Assembly: GCA_011109175.1 (NCBI GenBank)
Contig: RDEW01000014.1
Coordinates: 62,001-126,000, forward strand
Source: Dicyema japonicum
Lineage: Eukaryota > Animalia > Dicyemida
Length of the DNA stretch: 64,000 bases
Direction of reading: 5' to 3'
The translations under genes and the position numbers were made by a program. The notes below the pieces were generated by a model. That model did no database searches and was not told the DNA's origin. It was given only the letters and a program-made list of their open reading frames with translations. This document shows, in pieces, positions 38,690 through 49,439 of the stretch. Within the stretch, counting starts at the first letter, position 1; every line of letters starts with the position of its first letter.

Positions 38690-38990
38690 TAATAATAATA
38701 ATAAAGCCTTTTCACGAGAGCCATAATATTTTATAGCTCCGCATAGGCAGGACACACACTTTATTTAAGTAAAGAACAGTTAATTTTAACTAATCGTAGA
38801 TCTTCACTTCTTTTTTCTTTTTCTTGTGTGAGTGTCCTTTCTAGACAATCCAGTTCCCCAGTGAGTATTCACTGATGACGGCATCGCTCATCAAACCATT
38901 TCTGCATCGTAGATGCGTGGAACCTTCCACCAGGTGAACAGCAGCGAGATTTGAACCCGTAGCCTAAGCCACTTATGACTAAGACAGCAA
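38690..38990 (-). mobile_element. Putative tRNA-derived SINE with an RTE-like 3' tail
   Basis: A-box-like TAGTCATAAGTGG and B-box-like GGTTCAAATCT; body shared with 19913-20095; 3' segment atgcggagctataaaatattatggctctcgtgaaa resembles the RTE 3' region at 54903-54936; (TAT)n tail. Confidence 0.65.
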
Positions 38991-39457
38991 TGATGATGAG
39001 AAAGATGAAATTAAAATTAAAGGGTATCCTGTAGTATATTTTAATTTGAGTAGATAAATGTATTTGACCTGCATTCTATTTAAGTTATTTTGAGTTCGTC
39101 TAATTTAGCTATTTTCACTTCCAACGGTTGTTCAGTAACGCATACCTTCAGATTAACATATTTATCTTAAATAGTAGTCATTAGGCAATATTGACAGAAT
39201 TAGTCGATCAGACTAGCAAGTTTTTCTTGTATCTTTTCCGTAATAAACATGCCCCTCTTCTATCCTACCGAGCCTAAATATCAGTGACACCAAATACACT
39301 AACCATTTTCCAATTGTCAAACAACAATTAGAATTGCCTAAGCTAGTAACGCTTCTAAATCTATTGTACATTTTTAAAACAGCATAATTTTAGTCAACCA
39401 GCGCAGTTTAGTTAATTTTTATTTTATTTATTTTTTTAACCATATAATTTTTAATTT

Positions 39458-39960
39458 AACAATAGAAGTCAGGTAGTTGCCGCCCTCACTGCGTGGCTGT
39501 TCCCTCTCAAAATTGCGAGCGAAATTCGCTCAAATAGCCAGCAGCGTTCACGGAGATCTCCAGTGCATTAGGTGATCCGGTTTCCAAGACGTCCGAAAAA
39601 CTCGAGTGTAGAGGGGGAGTAGGATCCGGAAGTTTCCATAGAAAGGGGAACAAATTTGACATCATCGGGAAGGTCGACGTATTTAACGAGTTTGGCCTTC
39701 TCCGCCTTTACGGATGCTGAACAGGCCCTTGTATCATTCTCGTGAAGATTTTTCTGGGCGAACGTGTCTGTACATGTCACATCCCAAACCAGTGGTTTCC
39801 CGGCCTCAAATGGAAATATGGTTATCTCGTCCGGTTGTTTCCCGTCACTTCTGCATAACCCGACCGGTTTCAAGAATGGCCGAGTATCCAGCAGCATCCA
39901 TAGCTCGCCTGACAATTTCATTCAGAGCCTTGTGCCTTGGGGATCTGCCAGCATATCCTT
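39458..39960 (-). mobile_element. CRE-like non-LTR retrotransposon 3' end (REL domain)
   Basis: LKPVGLCRSDGKQPDEITIFPFEAGKPLVWDVTCTDT...KFVPLSMETSG...RISLAILRGN. Confidence 0.9.
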
Positions 39961-40129
39961 TATAAAATGGATGATTTGCGAACAGTCAGAAAGGTAGAAA
40001 ATTAGTATTTATTTTAGATCTCAAAATTAGGTAATTATACCTCCCATAATCAAAAAAAGAAAAATCTTGATGAGATTGGTAACACCTTGTGATTGAATTC
40101 ACGAGGGATGACAGACAACCACTTAGCTT

Positions 40130-40860
40130 ACTTATTCTCTTTGTCTAATACACCATTTTTGTAATGTATTTGATGCCGAACCTCTCTCTTGACCAGGGAT
40201 GATTGATGTGCAAATTTTAAATGAGAAAACTCCATTCTGAGAATTCCCGGAGGAATAAGTTCTGAATCGGTAATCTGAAACATGCGATCCAGTATCTTGC
40301 TGGAAGAGATCGATGTTGAGATATATACTTGTATGCAATTAATTGTCTTCGATAAGTTGTAAGAATTGTTTGTTGGATCTCTATTACAGGAGGATGCAAT
40401 AATAAGGTAATCATCGCAATAAAGATAATCGTTTTCTCGGTCGTTGAAATGTCGTTGAGGTAAGTTCAATAGATAATGGCGAGAGAACTGATCTCTAAAA
40501 AATACCATTAGTCTCCCGCTGTAAAGAGAATGTAAGAGCTCAAGGAAGGAGTAAGACTATGATAAGGACGGTAGAAATTGTCAAGTTCCTCTGCGTTAGC
40601 GGATACTCTTACAATGGTCTGCGCATATGCATTGATAATCAATAGAGTAGTATTTCGGTCGTTTCCGACACGTAGTGGAGGATGGCTATCCTTTCGTTGA
40701 TAGTCAATGCTCTTTGAGCCACCACAGCTGCGTCCACACGTATAGCGAACCCCATCCCACAATAAGAGCAGTCGATGGATACCCGTTCATATTTTCATAC
40801 AGACCTTTGTTGACTTGATTCTTTGGATTGCTTTTAATAATAATAATTTCAAAGAGCATG
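40130..40860 (-). mobile_element. RTE-like APE/RT remnant, deleted relative to the copy at 55960-57340
   Basis: WDGVRYT, LIINAYAQT...EELDNFY...ILFTAGD; later ILTTYRRQL. Confidence 0.75.
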
Positions 40861-41039
40861 TCTTGCTTGGAAGGAGCTGAAGCTACTATGACTCTTCGTA
40901 TTCCTAGATTATCGGGGAAAGCTTACCCGTCTCAATGTAAGTATCAACCCTACTACGAACGTAGTTATGAAAACTAAAAAATGTAAAAGATATAGTTAAA
41001 ACGCTGCTTACTTGATGACAATGAAGGGTAAATAATAAG

Positions 41040-41420
41040 TTTCGCATTAAAAATTATCCGCTTAATCAAGCCTCCACTTTTATCAAGAACTAGTCGTGAA
41101 ATTTTGCAAGGGGTTTTATTATCTCGACAACTTTTTGCTGTGGCGATGGACCCATTATCAGGGTTCTAATTCTTCGTTCTGAAAACGTTAGATCGATCAA
41201 GTAGATACTAGTATGTTGTTATTTTAACTAACCATTTGTCTTTTTTATTGATGACTTTTAAATATTCAAAAAGAGGATGTTGTAATTAAATGGTAAAATC
41301 TATTGAAAATTTTCTAAGGGCTGTCAGACTGGAGATAACTCTGAATGACTAAAACAAAGGTAATTCAACAATCAGTATATGCAAGGAAATTAGCGTATGA
41401 ATAAAAGCTAGTGAAGATCA
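41040..41420 (+). mobile_element. R4-like RT core fragment (copy at ~57520-57900)
   Basis: ILQGVLLSRQLFAVAMDPLS...NHL..IDDFKIF...FLRAVRLEIT matches GILQGDSLSPLLFxxxMDPLS...NHLxFxDDLK. Confidence 0.7.
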
Positions 41421-41680
41421 GTTATTATTTCTCCCAATTAAGACTTGACTTAGTTAAAAACAATTTTCGCCATTTTCAAACAATCCAGTATTGCAATTTA
41501 AAAAACAGGATGTAACCCTATTAGAGTAACCTTTAGTATTTAAGACTTGAGAATATAGTCGATCTTGAAAATCGACAACTATATAAAAACCGTGACTAAA
41601 GTATAAAATCATAGATATCTAAAAAATAATTAAGACCATTTAATCTAAAAAAACTAAATGTTAACTAATTAAGAATTAAG

Positions 41681-42845
41681 TTATTCGATTATAGGATAAT
41701 AGCTATTTAAAGGAAATTTGCAGTTATTCTTCCCGCGTGCCAATTTCAAGTATCCATTAATTCCCCAATTTTTGCTCCATCCATTTTTTATAAGCCAATA
41801 CTTTTCTCCCTTCGAAACTCCATAACCAACAACAGACATTACATGATCAGCTTCATATTTAAAACAATTTTTAGCAGAGTATATTCCTTAAACGTTTTAC
41901 TTATATTTACCTCGATGATAATTATAAAATCTATTCAGGGAAGCATACAAATCAACTGTAGCAGGTCCATACTTCAGGAGAACATGCATAAGCATTTTTT
42001 CATCACCATCTTTAATTCTTTTATAACTAGTTAAATTAAATTTAATATTTGGTTGTCCATTATACTGGCATTTACCCTTCTACAAAAGTATTTTCAAAAA
42101 AACCTTTCCTTTATATGGATATCGCTTTTCAGAATTAATTCCTCCGTTTTTCATTATGTAATTATAGGCTTGTATTATATTTCCTCCTTTGCATCCATTA
42201 TCATTTGCACAATCAACAATGTTTTGTTCGCTCAAAGATACCAGAATATTGTGTTTTATTGCTAAATGCGACTCCAACGTAGCCAACTAAATACATTAAA
42301 CAGTCGTTAACTGCCCCAAATGCAAAGCATGAGCCGCATCCATATCCCTGCATTTTTACTTTAGTAACACATTTTTGCTTTCTCCAATTAAAAGATGAAG
42401 GAAATCTTATTTTATTAACGTTCACTGAGTAATCTTTAATAATTCATTTTCGTATGAATCATAAAAAATATCCGAACCAGATAATTTTGTTGGTATGGTA
42501 ATTTCTCTTCAAGTCTACGAAAATAAATTGTAATTTAACCATATCAGAAAACTGATTAATTCCTGATTCATAGGTAACTTTTCCTTGCTTTGAAAGCAAA
42601 TTGTGACTGTTAATAAATCTTAGATTTTCTTTAAAAATAGCCATTCTCACTTGAAGTTCCAGTCCAGAATATGATTTATCTAAATGAAAATTATCTTGAC
42701 TATATTTTTCTATGAAATTATTCATTGAATTTCATAATATTCATCCTCGTTGATGAAATCATTCATTAATTCATACTTAAATGAATTGTAGACGAAATAA
42801 AGTAACTATAAAATAAAGGCAAGTAAAGATAATCAGACCGATCAT
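41681..42845 (-). pseudogene. Cathepsin L-like papain-family (C1A) cysteine protease, copy A; mature domain intact, prepro region disrupted
   Basis: ERFNIN (ELQVRMAIFKENLRFINSHN) and GINQFSD motifs; mature FPSSFNWRK...QGYGCGSCFAFG...LSEQNIVDC...GCKGG...[10 protein letters not shown]...[17 protein letters not shown]. Introns at 42680-42700, 42515-42539, 42406-42425, 42287-42311, 42080-42103 and 41887-41910. Frameshifts in exon 1 and a TGA after intron 2. Confidence 0.92.
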
Positions 42846-43399
42846 TTAATTAATTCCGCCTATTTTTTTGAAAAAAAATAATTTTCAAAAATAAATATTA
42901 TAAAATTTATTTATTAAAAAAATGTCTTAGCAACTTTTATTTTTAGTAATATTGAAAAATGCATGTATGTTGATGAAATTCATCAGGTATCCTAGTAAAG
43001 TTAGTTTGTTTAAAAATGGTTTAGATATGATAAATAAAGAATAAATAACCATATAATTGGCATAATGTTTTTGTGTACTACATTTGCACTTGACTAAAAA
43101 TTTCTCTAATTTCTTGTGGCAGATCCACCTTACTCAGAAGACACCAATCTCATACAGTTCAATCAAAAGGAACTATTTTTTAATACTACATAGAGTCGAT
43201 CAGAATTTGCGGTATTATTAATCAATAAGCGCTAGTTAACAAATCAGTCAACTAGACGGTGGATGGTGATTCTAAGGAAGTTAAATTTATTTTATCACGT
43301 GTCTTTATCATCGTGTGTTCTGACAATTTTTAATGGATACTGATGCAATATATAGAGATGTCTTATATTTTTATCATTATTTTTTTAAGTTCATAAAAT

Positions 43400-43840
43400 T
43401 CTAGCCAACATTTCTTAATTCCGTTTGATATTGAAACTGAAACAGCTCCAGATTGTTCTCAAATGTTGCATGAATTTTCAGGGTCGCCTATACGTGATCT
43501 GGAGTCTAGTCTCATAAGGTCCTCCAGAGGCGTAGGTTCAATTCGGTGATCTTCATAAATACAACACTACGTTACTCTGTACGACATCTTTTGTATTTTC
43601 TCTATTTTCCTCAAATTTGTCAAAGATATGGAAGGTAACCACGATGCGCGTGCATGCGAGAAGCATGTCTCGATGTCTGTATTAATCAAAATTAGAAAAG
43701 ATCGTTTTACAAACCAACAAAATACACAATTAATGAAATCGTTCAGTTACGTCCAATTGATTTTGAAAACTCTGGAATAGTTGGAGAAATTAATAGTCAT
43801 CAATGAAATAAGAAATGAACTGCAATGAAAATAAAACTAC
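43400..43840 (-). mobile_element. Jockey/I-like post-RT fragment (copy at ~59880-60300)
   Basis: FSHARASWLPSISLTNLRKIEKIQKMSYRVT. Confidence 0.65.
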
Positions 43841-44115
43841 CTGTAACGATAATTAATTTTTCCGTTTTTTATTATATAGTTATTGACTTTATTTGAAATT
43901 CCTCCAACACAACCATGATCATATGCACAATCAATAATTTTTGATTCGCTCAAAGATACAAGAATATTGTGTTTGATTGCCAAATGAAACTCCAAAGTAG
44001 CAAACTAAAAACATTAAATAGTCGTCAACCGTCCCAAATGCATAACACGAGCCGATCCATGTCCCTGATTTTTTACTCCTGTTACACAGTTTTGCTTTCT
44101 CCAATTAAAAGATGA
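43840..44115 (-). pseudogene. Cathepsin L-like fragment C (N-terminal half of the mature domain)
   Basis: SSFNWRKQNCVTGVKNQGHG-GSCYAFG (frameshifted), intron, ATLEFHLAIKHNILVSLSE..IIDCAYDHGCVGG. Confidence 0.9.
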
Positions 44116-44729
44116 TCGAATGATCCTCATTTGGTTTCAATACTCCTTTTTGAAATGAGACTGTAACTCCCCAAGCACGTGTTGAATTTAAACCAAATAC
44201 TAGAAGTACGATAAAACCATCTAATTAAGGATAACATGACTATCTTTTTCAAATTTTCGATAATTCCCATCTTTTCCGATTCTGTAGCAGTTCTCTACTA
44301 TTTTCTCAAATTTTATAAATTCTAAACCTCATGTCTAATGAGATTATCATTGATATCAATCATTCTAGAAAATCTCTCACAGCGCAGGCCAATTAAGATA
44401 AATAACCAATTATTTCTGATGAATAGGTAGAAAAGTTTATTAAGTGACAGAATTCAAAAATGGGATTACTGTTGAAACTGTACTTTCTTCCAAGTTGGGT
44501 GCGTTTTCATGATTTTAGATAATTATGAAAACTTTAGTGTTTTTTTCAGCAAAATCCGAAACTGATTTTCATCAGTCTTTTTCAGACTCTGATTTTTCAT
44601 CTGCCCACTTAAACAAGATGCCATTGCTTTTCATTTTTAAATATAAATTTCAAGTTAGACGTTCAACTATTACCACTAAGCATCAAAATTGATGACCGCT
44701 GAACAATTAATTTAAATTATTGACTAATT

Positions 44730-45069
44730 TTTTTTGATTTTTTTAATTTTATTAAACAATAGAAGTCAGGTAGTTGCAGCCCTCACTGCGTGGCTGTACC
44801 CTCTCAAAATTGCGAGCGAATTCGTTCAAATAGCCAGCGGCGTTCACGGAGATCTCCAGTGCATGAGGTGATCCGGTTTCAAAGACGTCCAAAAAACTCG
44901 AGTGTAGAGGGGAGTAGGATTTAGAAGTCTCCATATCAAGGGGAACAAATTTGACATCATCGGAAAGGTCGACGTATTTAACGTGTTTTGGCCATCTCTG
45001 TCTGTACGGATGCTGAACAGGCCCTTGTAGCACTCTCGTGAAGATTTTCTGGGCGAACGTGTCTGTACA
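44730..45069 (-). mobile_element. 5'-truncated CRE-like insertion with A-rich tail and target-site duplication
   Basis: 44755-45071 is closely similar to 39458-39776; TGACTAATT occurs at 44721-44729 and 45070-45078; T-rich run (minus-strand A tail) at the left end. Confidence 0.85.
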
Positions 45070-45171
45070 TGACTAATTATTTTTATTATTTATTTTAAAC
45101 AATTAGTAAGTTAGTTTGTCAGTTAAATTTCTTGTGTTGTATTCTACATTACAACTAAAAGATTTACAATT

Positions 45172-45270
45172 TTTTCTATTTTCTATGAAATTATTCCATT
45201 GGATTTCATAATATTCATCCTCGTTGATGGAATCATTCATTAATTCATACTTAAAATGAATTGTAGACGA
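45172..45270 (-). pseudogene. Cathepsin L-like exon 1 fragment D
   Basis: Matches 42710-42795 and 59150-59245; reads YELMNDSINEDEYYEIQWNNFIE. Confidence 0.85.
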
Positions 45271-45280
45271 CTTTTGGCTT

Positions 45281-45470
45281 TCTTCTTACCGCGAATCCCC
45301 TGGAGAAGTCGAACCTAGTCCGGGGTCATGAAAATACCTAACAATTCGGGATCTCTAAAAAACAAGCTAATAAATTTTAATTCTCTCATGATGTGAATTG
45401 GATTAATTTATGATAACCTATTGTCACCATCAAAATCAGATTTAATTATGACGCCGGCGATTATTAGAGT
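45281..45470 (+). mobile_element. Degenerate 2A-like motif followed by a probable APE N-terminus
   Basis: GEVEPSPGS at 45302-45328, then (frame -1) NNSGSLKNKLINFNSL resembling NxxSLxNK of L2/CR1-type APE starts. Confidence 0.45.
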
Positions 45471-47299
45471 GAACAACTAACAAATGAACAACACTTTTGA
45501 AAAACAGTTAATAGAATGTACTAACAAATTTATTTTATTATTTGTTGCCAAAGATTTTTGTCGTATTTTAATTTTTATTTTTAAAAATGCTGCTAGAATG
45601 AATAGATCCTGACAATTTTCCAGTGATAACACGAATATAGTATTACTTGAATTAGTACATAGCTTAAATCAAAATATTTATCTGAATTGGATATTTAGAG
45701 CTACTACATAAATTTCGTAGGTTTCAAAAATATCCATAATTAATCGACAATGCTATTAATTGCTTCTATATTTTGAAGCACATTTTTATGTAGAGTTATT
45801 CTCAAAAAACAATAATGTAAGAATATTGTCTAATAACGAGGATGATATCAACGATATATTACGTTTAGCAACAAATAGGATTAACGTAGAAACTAATTCT
45901 TTATTAAAAAATAAATTCACTTATTTGAAAATATAATGCTTATTTACGTTTGCTCCGCATCTCATAAAATTAAAAATTTTGCCCTTCGAAGCCAAAAAGC
46001 CTGCTGACCACTGTTATAGATTCTCGAATATGTAGTTCTCTCCGCATTTATCTAAATTTCCCCATCACTCTATGCAGATATAACTACTTGTTATCTTTCA
46101 TGGACTCATGAGACATGGGATTTAAAAACTTGCGTAAATAATCAATCATGGATGTACTAATGTCTGATTTCAAATCCATCTATCAAAATTTTGAGTAACT
46201 TGGATTATTCTGCAGTGAGGAGAAACGGAAAATCCTAGCCTACTGCTATTCAATAGATTTAACATGATGTGATAATTAGAAGATCTCATCACATTTTTTA
46301 GAACAAATAATTAATCACCTCATAAAACTGGTCCACATTTTATAATGATTAATTACGACTCCTGCTAAAATCATTAAATTCATTTTCAAATGTACATAAA
46401 TATGTCGGATCCGAGAGAAGAACAGAGCAAAAGTGAGATAGTTGTTTATGGAGTACAACATCACATGATTGCCTTGTTTTTCCCTCCTAATTTGTCGATG
46501 ATTCTTGATATGTATTAAATAAATCAAATGTGTAATTTTAATTTATTTCAAATTATCATAATGTCCATTTATAACGTGGGAATGTTAACATGGTAGCTCT
46601 GAAAAACATTCTTCTTCCAATGGAAACCATACAAGCAATAGCGAGTGATTCGATGCATTCATAATTATTCAGAGATTATCCCCCAGTTATTAGAAGAGGT
46701 TTTTGATATATTTATAATTTAGATTTTACATTCTTCAGCTGCTTGAAATTAGAAGTTAAACTTATTCAATGAAATTACTAAAACTGTTATTTCGGAAAAT
46801 TTTTCAAAAATTTTGCCGAAATATTGAAATATGTTACTCTATTTTCAGCATTGTACAAAAAAATGTAGAACTAATCAATGTACCTCATAATTGCGGTTAT
46901 CATATCTGATACTAAACTTCCGCTGACACCACTTTTATAAACTCTCGTAATGCTATAAAATAGCATTTTTGTGAATTTTATTTTAAGTAGAATCTTTGTT
47001 AGGTTTGTAAGTTATTCGAGTATATTTAATTTTTTTTCCATTTTTTTTAATCAATAACAATTTATTGAAGAATAAAACCAAATAGTTAAAGGCTACTGGC
47101 TGCACATTTAATTAATGAGAAAATATATTTAAATGCTAATAAAGTTCTCATAAAACATTGCAATTTTATTATCTGGGTCATTTTTGAATTTTATATGTTT
47201 TTTAAATAAATGTAAAATATAATATTTGTTTCACTTAAAAAACCTTATAATATTTTTCACTTAAAAAATATAATATTTTTTCATTAAAAAAGACCTTAA

Positions 47300-48720
47300 A
47301 CAACCTTTGAGGGACAGTTTCCACTTGATCCAATAACGTTTGAGCATTCGGATTTAGCCTGGCATTTCACCAGAGGTGTCCTCCAAGAGAAATGATGTTA
47401 TTCTTTACAAGGGTGGCTGCTCCTCGGAAAACCGTTTGATACGCGAAATTAGCATCGGTCTCAGCAATGCTAATGTCTATTATTGATGATTCATTTTATC
47501 TGTTTCTAAGATATTTAAGTTGTATGTAGCCTTGTAAGGTAGAGAAATTGGTGTAGTTCTACATCAAAAAATCTATGTTGACTTAGAAGGATTTATCATT
47601 TCGTCACTTTACTTTTCGTCCACATTGTAAATAAATCTCTGAACTGTAGAAGCTTCAGAGAAATCTCTTTTTACGTTATAATTAGCAAGCTGCTGATTTA
47701 ACAAGGTTAGAGGGAGAGAGGCTATCCACTTAGGTGGTGTCCCAGGCGAGGTATTATTGATGGTGCTATGTGGTGTCAAATTGCTACCTGATTGAAGATT
47801 TCTTTCTGTTGGTGTCATTGGATCCAAGATACACCAAATGCCAGGCTGGTATTCAAAAGTATCGACGTCTCCTTTCCACTTAAATACTACTTCGTTCTCT
47901 TTACCGACCTCACCTTACTTGACATCTACTCTGGATCACATGGATTGGATGAGATTTCAACTGGAACACGTCAGGATCACTGGATTAGCGAGTTAAGTTT
48001 TATCGAAAATGACATTCCCGTCCATTAGTTAAACAGTAGAGGTTTCAAGAAAAAGAATCCTATTTCATAATTAACAACGCTGTTGATTCATTCAGAAATT
48101 GTTTTTTAGGTTATTTATTTGGAATATTTGGAATCTAGAATATTGTCAATCCAACTTTTTCCTATCAGAAAAAAAATAAACATATTTTTCCATTTCTGAT
48201 AAAAATTTCATGAAGAGATGTTTTTATTTTTGGAAGAATTGCCATCAAAGAGTGAAATTTAAACCAGAAAAGGTTTTGTTCAAGTCACCGTTCACGTGGC
48301 TTCCACAGCCAGCACTGCTGATGGTACGATTCGGAGGAAGTAACCTGGCATTGGGAATGGTTCGTTTTCCAGTCGATCTCAGTTTAGATATCTGGCGTTG
48401 TTGACCGAGCACGTACGTTTATTAGGTTAACCGGGCGGCTTGCATGAATGTGGAAAGTTGAGCCGAAAATGATTCGATGGATCTTCCAGAACATTTTTTT
48501 AAGATTATCAGAGCAATCAGATATCGAAGACTATAATTTTTTTTAAATTTGTTAATTGTATCAAAACTCAGTTATTCGGATAGTCAAACAAGTAATGTAG
48601 TGATTCCATAGATAGGAGCGGTTGGTAGTTTCTTGGTATCGATGAGCATTATTTTCAGACCTCTCACGAACTTTAATTTTAATTCCGATTTTTGAAAAAT
48701 TTGAGTGAAAGTGAAGACAA
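47300..48720 (-). mobile_element. I/Ingi-like LINE remnant: RT plus probable RNase H (copy ~60800-62195)
   Basis: Post-RT WCILDP...NLQS...GTPPKWIASLPL; downstream IAETDANFAYQTV and LGGH-SG resemble the RNase H TDS and WxxGHxG motifs. Confidence 0.5.
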
Positions 48721-49085
48721 ATATTATGAAACTGCAAAAATTTGACAACACGATGTGCTGTTAATGAAACTCAGGCGAGCTATGGCATAAATATAAAGCA
48801 CATAATGTCTTCTTCATCTCTTCAAGATGGATATAAAATTTGTACCACATTAATTTTTTGACCTCTTTTAAATTTCTATTAAAGTCAATTGGATTCTAAC
48901 TTCTTTTTACATCAGCTGAATCATTTTACTTCACTTTGATGCCATATTTAAGTATTACCCCCACCTTAAATCCATACTTTTGTAGAGACGACTGTTATTC
49001 AGGTTGAGTATCGGATTTTATAGTAAATTCGAAACCCTCAATAATTCGAGTCCGTACAGATTCGTCACACTCAAGTACAAAGTCG

Positions 49086-49382
49086 TTAAATAGTCGCGTC
49101 TACCGAGGAAATCAAAATACTCTGTATGTTCACGATCTCAATGTTAGGACACGTGTACGGAAGGAACTTTAAAATAGAAATTATCCTATTCGAGCTAAGG
49201 TCGAAAATTTTCAGACTTCTAAGACTCTCAAGTGCATTAAAGGAAGTGAGTGAGTTGTTCGATAAGTCAAGTTCGGTTAGTTTCGTATAGCTCGTCAGGT
49301 TTTCAACCACCGATATTGAGTTATAGGAGAGGTTCAGTGAGTCCAGTGATATGAGGGATTTCGAGATTTCAATTTTCTGCTA
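49086..49382 (-). pseudogene. SDS22-type leucine-rich-repeat protein fragment
   Basis: LISLDSLNLSYNSISVVENLTSYTKLTELDLSNNSLTSFNALESLRSLKIFDLSSNRIISI gives three LxxLxLxxNxI repeats. Preceded by a 19-nt GT-AG intron candidate; the 5' part is replaced by a LINE from ~49440. Confidence 0.75.
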
Positions 49383-49439
49383 AGAATAAATAAATTACTT
49401 TGAACTCATCTTTTTCCCTTTCGACGATCATTTCAAATT

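Larger units (their letters stand above)
40300..48720 (+). repeat. Direct segmental duplication, copy A (partner ~56010-62195)
   Basis: Collinear blocks 40510-43840 / 56995-60305, 44120-44270 / 60630-60790 and 47635-48720 / 61090-62195. Roughly 85-90% identity by eye, with copy-specific insertions. Confidence 0.95.

Noticed and set aside
38870-38900. CTGATGA suggesting a hammerhead ribozyme core
   Set aside because: It pairs with a downstream TCATCA as a simple hairpin; no GAAA core or three-way junction.
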